A DNA stretch of 63,719 nucleotides, the filler included, from Collodictyon triciliatum (lineage: Eukaryota): the NCBI GenBank assembly GCA_043381765.1. It is 6 parts of 6 records of this genome, joined end to end, with 100 filler letters (N's around TTAATTAATTAA, not from the genome) between each part and the next. Parts side by side here need not be neighbours in the genome. Positions count along the whole stretch, not along the records: positions 53,838 to 60,767 come from JBHJMP010001184.1; positions 60,868 to 62,344 come from JBHJMP010001308.1; positions 62,445 to 63,719 come from JBHJMP010001333.1; 3 more parts are not named here. One strand, written 5' to 3'. The position numbers and the translations under genes were made by a program. This document shows, in pieces, positions 54,762-63,719 of this stretch. Each line of letters opens with the position of its first letter. The stretch's first letter is position 1. The notes below the pieces were generated by a model, which did not search any database, had not been told where the DNA came from, and saw nothing but the letters and a program-made list of their open reading frames with translations.

Positions 54762-56285
54762 TCACGACGATTTGTGGATTGCAAGAGACGCCCTGTCTTC
54801 ACAAAAAATCATATCTCCATCACGAGCGTTGAGCTGCGCAAGCGTCTTTGTCGGGACCGAGATGCGTTCTAGCCCGAAGCGTCCCTCTGCACCCACATCA
54901 TCATAGTACAGAGTCTGGTTCTTTGATGGGATTCCAAAAAACTCTTCGCACATTTCCTTCAACTGGCGCGCGCAAGTGTAAACAGACAGTGTGCGAAGCA
55001 CAGATTGGTGGCCATCAGCACGTAGCAGAATGGAGACCGCTAAAGGTGCTCTCAAATCCACAGATGCCAGCGGCTCCAATTCACCGTGCTTGGAAATGAG
55101 TCTCTCCATGTGTTTCCGAGTGGCCTCGCTGTTGAAGTCCATCGAAGCACGAACAGATATATCCAGCTGGATTTTAGGGTCGTAGTAGCGGATGAATGCG
55201 CGCTCTGCATCCTGTAGAAAGCAAATGATGAAAGCATAAGCATCCTGGCAAATCATTGAGTGTGTTTGTGAACAAAAATAGCCCGGATGTATTAGGAAAG
55301 GTATGAAATCGTCATTTTCCGAATATTGTGCAGATTAATCAATCAAAAAGTGAAGTTATGTGAAAACTTATGATTATTGCAGGATACGTACCTCCCGCTC
55401 TTGTTCGGTTATTGAGCCTCCATTGAGGACTCTCAGATTGGGAAGTCGTCCTATTACTAGGAATCGGAACAGGGTTACATCAGAGTAACGGGACGCCAAT
55501 GGTGTGTTTGAAAGCCGGATTTCGGTCAGAGATGGGAATTGGAGAAATGAGTCCACAGAGTCCCATGAATCTATGATTGAGTCTGCGACGTTGATTGACA
55601 AAAGACAAGGCAGTGGTGAAGGCACATTAAGCCTCATGACCGGATTCTCAGAGAGGATGAGTTTGCGCAGGGCAGGAGTAAAGTGCTCAAGAAAAGCAAA
55701 CAGCTTGTCGGTGGACTCGATGCCGTTTCCCACCAGACTCAGCAGCTCTAGGCTCAGCAGGGAGCCCGCATGACTATCGACATTTTCCGGAACTGTTCCA
55801 AGGCCAGATGCGCGAAGGACAAGCTGCTGCAGATGGGGAAAGCAACGCGCGATGCGGATGATTTGTGGCCACGTCTGCTTGGCTTCGTTGAGAATGAGGA
55901 TGCGCAGATGAAGGCAGACAAAGGCAGACGCTGATGCCTCGTCCATCTCCCCGAGCGGAACAGCACTCAGGTCGAGCTGCTGCAGTCGTGTCCATTGGGC
56001 ACATAGCGAGAAGACGTCAGGCCATGAAAGTCCCTTGGCCCCTCTCAAATCTGCCTCCTCAACCATGGGGCAGGCCTGCTGCAGCGGCTCGCTCTCGCTT
56101 GTGGGCTGCTCGTATAGAGCTTTGCGGGTCAGGTCGAGGTTGTGAAAGGAAATCACGCGCAGTTGTGTCAGGGCTGGTCGACGCACTAGATGATGTCGGC
56201 GAAAGGCTCCCGCTTCTTCTGGTGTGAGGAGCTGCTTGGGTGTGTACTTTTCTCGGATGGCTTCTGCAAGGACGTGCAGGCTCAT
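54762..56285 (-). CDS. TBCEL: Tubulin-folding cofactor E-like protein (LRR + ubiquitin-like), one intron at about 55213-55392
   Basis: AIREKY N-terminus without CAP-Gly; LRRs; VIGRLPNLRVLNGGSITEQERE/DAERAFIRYY; KHGELEPLASVDLR; C-terminal Ubl domain. Confidence 0.92.
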
Positions 56286-57499
56286 AGCTCTTCTGTGGTA
56301 CAAATGATGAGGGAGAGTCAACACGTTTTCTTTTTGTTTGTTTGCTTTTTGCTTCTTTTTGCTTTTTTTTTTNNNNNNNNNNNNNNNNNNNNNNNNNNNN
56401 NNNNNNNNNNNNNNNNNNNNNNNNNNNNNNNNNNNNNNNNNNNNNNNNNNNNNNNNNNNNNNNNNNNNNNNNNNNNNNNNNNNNNNNNNNNNNNNNNNNN
56501 NNNNNNNNNNNNNNNNNNNNNNNNNNNNNNNNNNNNNNNNNNNNNNNNNNNNNNNNNNNNNNNNNNNNNNNNNNNNNNNNNNNNNNNNNNNNNNNNNNNN
56601 NNNNNNNNNNNNNNNNNNNNNNNNNNNNNNNNNNNNNNNNNNNNNNNNNNNNNNNNNNNNNNNNNNNNNNNNNNNNNNNNNNNNNNNNNNNNNNNNNNNN
56701 NNNNNNNNNNNNNNNNNNNNNNNNNNNNNNNNNNNNNNNNNNNNNNNNNNNNNNNNNNNNNNNNNNNNNNNNNNNNNNNNNNNNNNNNNNNNNNNNNNNN
56801 NNNNNNNNNNNNNNNNNNNNNNNNNNNNNNNNNNNNNNNNNNNNNNNNNNNNNNNNNNNNNNNNNNNNNNNNNNNNNNNNNNNNNNNNNNNNNNNNNNNN
56901 NNNNNNNNNNNNNNNNNNNNNNNNNNNNNNNNCGATGCAAAGTCACCCGATTTAATATTCTTTTGTATCACCCGAAAAAGCCCGTGTCCACAACACACCT
57001 TTAAAACGTGGAAGCTTGCTTTGCCTCCTATCTTTCCCTTTGTCTGCATGTTTTTCCCCTATCAAGATGCTGTACTCACCTCCAACCTTGGGGATATATT
57101 CCGTGCTCCAGAATCGTGCGAGCAGCCGAAGCTAGCACAACCGAATCTTAAAGCCACTCATTACAAAGTTCGGCTTAGAATGCTTTTTTTTTTTTATTGT
57201 ATCCAAACAGGGAAAGGGGAGATTTATCGGGGGAGATAAAACACAAAAAGTATTTTATAGGAGAAAAAATGAGGCACGTGTGATAAGAACGAGGTGGTAA
57301 AAAAGTGCACCTGAAGCGTTAATGTGCCGGGATGGGCAGAAAGAGCCATAGACACTATCATTTTTACCACCATCCATAATCATCACAAATCAAGGCTTTT
57401 TTTTAGGACAGGACCATACCCAAATTCTCACTCATTTTGTTATGATAATACTGAAAGAAAAAAAAAGGAACAGGTAAATGAGGCTCTGGTCAAGCTGAG

Positions 57500-58168
57500 T
57501 CACACATTGGTATGTGGATGGCGGATAGAATAAGGAGAGAGGCATTGCGGGACTATCGGAGATGCCCCGGCTTTGGAGACAGGACGACGGGCAACCGGGC
57601 AGCGAACAGCAACAGCTGATGAGTCTGACGGTCTTTGTGCCGAGCGCGCACTCATGTGTCGAACAGTCTCCAATAGGAGCATAAGATCGCCTTCGGGGAC
57701 CGTCACTCCACTCAAACTCTGCTCTTTCGCCTTTGCCTTTGTGTGGTTGTGGTTGTAGTTGTAGTTGTAGTTATGGTTATGGTTGTGTTTACGAATCTGG
57801 CTTTGCCGCTGTTCTTTGGATCGGCCTTGCTGCGGAACATATGGGCGGCTTTGTTGGGGCTGCTCAACCGAAGGCCACACGTGGGGACTCGAGCGGAGGT
57901 GGGCTGAGTCTGTGTTTCGAGAAGCTGGTAGTGGAGGTGGCTGTTTTGACAGGCGAGAAGACAGTCAGGTGGGGTTGACAGGGGAGACATGTTGCGACAG
58001 ATTCGATGAGGTACTTACGTGCGTCGCGTGTGTGGTTGCGTGCCATGATTGTGTCAGAAAGTGCTTGCGGACGGAGGACAGGTCGGGCAGAGAATCACCG
58101 GAGCTGTCGGAATCACTTTCGTGTCTGTTTTGTTGCGCAGTTGTTGTTGTGAGGCTGTCTGATTCCAT
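57500..58168 (-). CDS. Low-complexity hypothetical protein, two exons
   Basis: MESDSLTTTT..ATH, an intron (GTAAGT..CTGAC..AAACAG), then in-frame PPPLPASRN..HNHNHNYNYN..DLMLLLETVRHM. Confidence 0.4.
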
Positions 58169-58206
58169 CCGAGCTGCTTGTGTGGGGGGTTTTTTTTTGT
58201 TTGCTT

Positions 58207-58237
<31 letters not shown>

Positions 58238-58240
58238 GAT

Positions 58241-58290
<50 letters not shown>

Positions 58291-59442
58291 AGGTTTCTTT
58301 GTGCTGTCGGCCACGGCTGCTGTCTGTGAGAGAGACTGAGTAGCAAATGCAGGAGGCTGCGTTCTCGTGCAGAGTCTGCGTTGTGGGTAATGTGTTCTCA
58401 CCTCCAGCTTCGGTCTTGCTGTGCGCCAAGGAGAGTGGTATATGCTTTGATGTCACACCCACGGCCGGCGATGTGGGCAACCAAAAAATAAAATAGTGTT
58501 GGGAGACCGAGCAGGCAAAACTTTGCGGAGGCTGCCTTTGCATTCTGGGATATTTTCTGAGACTGTTCTGTGAAATGGTATCTGTGTTCTCTCTCCCATT
58601 CCGTTTCTGTAAGTGATGTCAATTTTTTTCCCGATCTCAGATTACTTGCTCCAGTTTTGGATGGGCGATTCACCTGCTGTGGGTATGCTTATTTTGGTAT
58701 GGTCTACCGCATTCATCCGCTGTCTTCTCTTCTATTTTTGCCTGGGCGTCCTCTTGTCTCGGCGCTGCGATGTGGGGGCGCATGGCCAAGCATCAGAGAC
58801 GTTGCGGCATGCAAGGCACGATGTAATGGTGGGTGTTCGTTGGGTGAATAACTGGCGAGTTATGGCCAGCCGCCTCCGCCTCCCAAAGAGCAGTCTCTGC
58901 CTTTCAGGTCAAATACGCTCAGGCATCGGGAATCCGTCGTGGATGTGCCCCTGTGTTGGGAGGAGAGCCCTAATCGCTTGTATCTGGAAGTGGTTTTATT
59001 TTCACAGTCTGTGTCTCTGGAAGTGAGAAGCGGCGGTGTAGGAAGGAGGGGCCGGAGATGCTTCAGAAATTGAATAGGAATCATAGGCCAGGGCAGAAAG
59101 ATGGGAGGATAAGAGGGACGCAATAGGATATGTTGCTCTTTTCAGACAGGGGCAGTGTGCGTCCGAGTCAGCGTACGGTACGAAGGTCGGTTAACCGCAG
59201 CGTCGAGAGTAAGCGGGCACCAGAAGAGAACCGAGTACCTCACAATGGCAGGGGCACTACCAACTATTCGGATGGTCTGTGAGCAGGGTGGTGTGTGGAA
59301 TAAGGTGAGAGTGAACAGAAGAATTAAAAGCATAAACCCCCCAGCATTTACTGACAGGAGGTCTCTTGTCTTGTGCAAACATGCTGCGAATTCTAACAAT
59401 GCGCACACACCAAACATGCTCCCAGCGCCTTGGACAGGGTGC

Positions 59443-60668
59443 TTAGTACTCATCCATGGGAGGGCAGGAGCAGATCAGATGGCGATCGCCATATGCATTG
59501 TCAATGCGGCCGACAGAGGGCCAGAACTTGCGGGCCTTGACCCAGGGGAGCGGGAACGCAGCCTTTTCTCTCGAGTATGGGCGGTCCCAGTTATCGTTCA
59601 CAACAACGTCGCAAGTGTGCGGGGCGTTGACAAGAACGTTGTTCTTGGGGTCAGCCTTCCCTTCCTCCACTTCACGAATCTCCTGTCGGATGCTGATGAG
59701 GGCTTCCACGAGTCTGTCGAGCTCAGCCTTGGGCTCGCTCTCTGTAGGCTCAATCATGAGTGTGTTGGGGACGGGGAAGGACATGGTCGGAGCGTGGAAA
59801 CCTGCAATGCGTCCGTAGAGTGTAAGTTATATTTGGTGTCGAATAAAACAAATGGGTCACAGAACGGCCATGAGTGAATTGTGGTGATTCAAACTCTACC
59901 GTAGTCTTGAAGTCTCTTGGCGATGTCTTCGGCCTGGATTCCAGACGACTTGAGGGTGCGGATATCCATGATGAATTCATGGGCGCAGAATCCTAGCATT
60001 TGATTATTCAGTGTACTATTTGTTAGAATGTTCCCGATTCGCCAGTTATCCTTTCTCTCTGACTGCTTTAAGCTTATGTATGTGAAATGGATTAAAATGT
60101 ATGGGATGTGCTGTTATGGACAAATGTATTGTGCGTTTACCTCCGGGTCCACTGTACAACATATCGTAGTGACCGGACAGCTTCTTGCGCATGTAGTTTG
60201 CATTCAGCAGGGCAACCTAGTCAAGTATTAAGATTGGGACGCATCCTTTGACAAGCGCACGAGAGAAAAGAAATTGAAGAAATTAAGTTCTTGTGTCTGG
60301 TGGGTGCAGTAGCTTTACCTGAGTGGCTTTCTTGAGACCAGCACCTCCCATCAACTTGAGATATACCCATGTAATGGGCAGGATGCTTGCGCTTCCGAAG
60401 GGGGCTGCAGAGACTGGGCCAATTGACTGCACCCGGATTTAAATTGGTCACATGTGTAAGTTAGAGACTGGAAAAATGAAGTCCTGAGCTTGTTAGTAAA
60501 GATACAGAGGGCACGAGGGTACCTGGTCAGTGCCGGTGTGAATGACTGGATGGGTTGGCAGGAAGGGGGTGAGGTGCTTGGCGACACCAATCGGACCCAT
60601 TCCAGGGCCTCCTCCACCGTGAGGGATACAGAATGTCTTGTGGAGGTTCAAGTGACAGACATCGGCAC
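59443..60668 (-). CDS. GLDC: Glycine dehydrogenase (glycine cleavage P protein), C-terminal exons
   Basis: [97 protein letters not shown] stop. Confidence 0.97.
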
Positions 60669-60708
60669 CTGGGGCAAGGGGTTCGATGGTTAGTGTATCT
60701 ATTTCTTT

Positions 60709-60742
<34 letters not shown>

Positions 60743-61569
60743 TTGGGTTTTAATTGGGAATTTGTTTNNNNNNNNNNNNNNNNNNNNNNNNNNNNNNNNN
60801 NNNNNNNNNNNTTAATTAATTAANNNNNNNNNNNNNNNNNNNNNNNNNNNNNNNNNNNNNNNNNNNNACATCAGAATCATTACATATTTCCATTGCATTA
60901 GCTCAAAAATAAAGTAAAAAAAAATGCACCAAACAATGTCAGAAGAAGAATAAAAAAAAACAAAGGTGAATAGATGGATGCGTGATGTCTGGGGGTGGAC
61001 ACACAAACAAAAGTCGCCGAATCTGCAGACACAGTACACCCGCCCCTACCGACTACTATCTGTATTTCCGGTATGAGAATGCAGCTGCCCTTCGATAAAG
61101 ATAAGATCATCAAATATGGACCTAGATTACAAACGATTCTTCGACATTCATCCAATATGGAGCCGCCTCCCTTTTTCGCCCACTTGAAATCATGCACTAC
61201 ACTTTCATCATTTGTGGATACATACCGTGGCCATTAAAAACCCTTATTTCAAAACCAAACCAACATTAATTTTTCAATCTCAGCCCGTAATTCTCGACTT
61301 CAGAGAGCAGAAATCGCCCCAGGTCTACCAAAACCAGCGCCCGCACCCATATTCAGCCCATGAAAAGCTCGACCACTTTGCCTCCTCACATGATCGAGCG
61401 GATATATGGCTAGGAGTGAAGCCAAGAGAAAGAAGATTATCATTATCATTATCATTACTCTAAAAATAAAAAGAAGGAAGGTGGCTGCCGCTCAGCCTGT
61501 TGCTTCTTGGCTGGCTTGCCCTGTCGATTTACCCGAGCGTTTTCTGCAATAAAGTCAAAACAGGAAAAC

Positions 61570-62344
61570 ATGATGAACATCTTCCCCCAAATCGCCCGCC
61601 GATCCCGTCTGATTCTTGGGATGGCCTCGGTCTCTGTCGGAGTCGGAATCGCCGCGTCTCGAGGTTACGTGCGCCCTGTCGTTGCCGAAGAAGAAGGCGC
61701 CTTCAGCCCAAAGGAGTTCCGGTTGGCCTAAAAACAAATATTCGCATTTTTGCCTGTGTCTATTCCTGCCACACACTCATATATTTACTTTTATATATTT
61801 CGCTTTCTACTTTGCACTTGAAGAAGCAGCTTCTAACCTTGCCTGCTCTCTTTAGTGCTTTCACCCTCCGCGAGAAAATCTCTCTCAACCACAACACCGC
61901 CATCTACCGCTTCGATCTTCCTAAAGACAAGAAGAGCGGTCTGCTGTCCATTTTCTTTCTTTTTTTTCCCCCTCGTTCAGAATCCAATATTTTTTTAATT
62001 TTTCCCTTTTTTTTTAATACTACTTGTTTCGTGTTTTTTTTTTCCTCCTATTCCTTACGCAACATATTAAGTGGCAGCAAAAAAAATCCGAAAAAAAAAA
62101 AAAAAAAAAACTGGAAATTGAGAATAGAAACATGTTCACTTAGGACTGTTTGTTACGTCCAAACTAAACACGTATCACTTATCAAATGTCTATTCACAGG
62201 TATGTTTGTTGCTTCATGCCTTCTCACCCGCGCCGAAGTCGATGGAAAGGAAGTTGTCCGCCCCTACACACCAGTCAATGACCCTGAAGCCCGTGGATAC
62301 GTCGATCTTCTCGTCAAGGTCTACCCTGAGGGAAACATGTCCAA
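61570..62344 (+). CDS. NADH-cytochrome b5 reductase, mitochondrial MCR1-like, 5' part
   Basis: Arg-rich presequence plus hydrophobic anchor; HNTAIYRFDLP; VASCLLT; FAD motif VVRPYTPV; LLVKVYPEGNMS. Confidence 0.92.
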
Positions 62345-62444
62345 NNNNNNNNNNNNNNNNNNNNNNNNNNNNNNNNNNNNNNNNNNNNTTAATTAATTAA
62401 NNNNNNNNNNNNNNNNNNNNNNNNNNNNNNNNNNNNNNNNNNNN

Positions 62445-63719
62445 TCTATGGAAGTGACAATGTGATAAATTTAGCACAGACGAAACTGAACGAATGCGAA
62501 TAGGACAGAATTTAATGATCACTTTCAAACAGTGACAACTAATGCCAGATTTCAAGCACCGGATGGAGACACAGCGGGGTATCGCTTTACTAATAGTGGG
62601 GACAATAGAGTTGTTTGTAACAGTAATGTCGTTTCTCTTCGTGCACAGGGTGTAAATACATTATCTGTTTCAAATACAGCAGCGACTGTCAACGGCAATT
62701 TATCAATATCTCAACAGATCATTCAACCAACCAATGTAATTACTGTAACTGCCAACAGTCAAACTTTTCGACCTGGGCGCAACATTAGTAACAATGTTTA
62801 TAGTTGGATATGGCGGGTTTTTACACCTGTGGTATTAAGATTTCTTAGCTCTGGCTTTACAAATGGAATGTCATTTTATATTGTGCCGAATAGCAATTTA
62901 TCAGGCGCTGTTCTTCAATTAACGCCAATTGCGGGTGTTACTTTACGAGTTTATCAAGGAGGGCTAACAAATAATTATACTACGACAATCGATGTATCAA
63001 CACGCGCATCTCTTCACTGTACATTTCATAATAATATCTGGTACATTAATACACATTGGATGGCAAGCAATGCAACTTTTCCAGGGACGGTTACAGCTAC
63101 CGGGTTCAGTTCTTCGGGTAGCGCATCGATCACAAATAATCTAACCGTGGGTGGAAATGTTGCGGCGACTAGTGTAGAATTGCCTTCGGGGCAGGAAGTT
63201 CAGTTTGGTACTGTTTCTTCGGATACAAATTGCATCAGAGGCGGGACAGAGAGCTCACAATTTTTTGTAAGTATTACTGTCAATACGAGTCGGAATGTAA
63301 TTTTTAGACCTGATAAAACCGAATTTGATAAACATATTGAACAAACAAAATGCCCAATCCAAGATTATGCGAACCATAACACGTCAGGAGAAATCACTCT
63401 CGGGGCTAATAGTCCTCCGATATATTTTATTAGTCGTCCTCAGCAACACACTGTAGTCGCAAAATTAAAACTTCCGTCTGCAAATACTGCTAGTATTTTA
63501 GATGGATGGACTATTAAAATTATACACCTTGACCAGGGTGGGTTTGCAAGTGCTTTTGCTCAAGTAGAATTTGCTTCAGATAGTGTAAATTTGTGGTCCG
63601 ATGGCACACAAACAGCTTTCAATGCTGGCGAAATTAAAAATATTCCAATTGGGTCCTGTTGGACAATTATGTGTCAAAAAACATTAAACAAGTGGGTAGT
63701 AACAGGCTGGTCCAAGCCA
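62445..63719 (+). CDS. Virus-like fibre/spike protein, partial and intronless; main frame open 62490-63719
   Basis: 410 stop-free codons by manual translation, rich in T/S/N/V/G beta-repeats (TVNGNLSIS, TVTATGF, NNLTVGGNVAATS) with knob-like modules (KLKLPSANTASILDGWTIKII..KWVV). An upstream FSTDETERMRI motif lies in an adjacent frame. Confidence 0.7.

Noticed and set aside
57965-57967. TGA-CTG readthrough joining two in-frame ORFs
   Set aside because: The TGA lies inside a canonical intron (GTAAGT donor, CTGAC branch site, AAACAG acceptor) whose removal keeps the frame.

Overview
This is intron-rich, microsatellite-rich nuclear DNA of a eukaryote, probably a protist. It is not one continuous locus: six contigs are joined by artificial N44-TTAATTAATTAA-N44 spacers (19241, 41873, 53738, 60768, 62345), and there are three internal N gaps. 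Exons were spliced by eye using the standard code. Housekeeping genes are ASCC1, a RibD-C/DHFR-fold reductase, AGTRAP, MON2 (partial), SHQ1, a PAK/STE20 kinase, an NDRG hydrolase-like gene, UBXN7, TBC1D5 (partial), TBCEL, GLDC (3' part) and an MCR1-like cytochrome b5 reductase (5' part). Accessory content is a decayed type-I-alpha DAHP synthase fragment, three L1/Tx1-type LINE fragments, a secreted HHIP/folate-receptor-like Cys-rich protein, and orphan genes. Two items stand out. One is a DUF4062-NACHT-TPR (NLR-like) gene whose TPR repeats are each a duplicated 126-nt exon plus intron cassette with variable surface positions, now carrying four disabling lesions. The other is an intronless 410-codon frame at the window end, missed by the ORF track, that looks like a viral fibre protein. 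All family calls rest on remembered motifs, not database searches.
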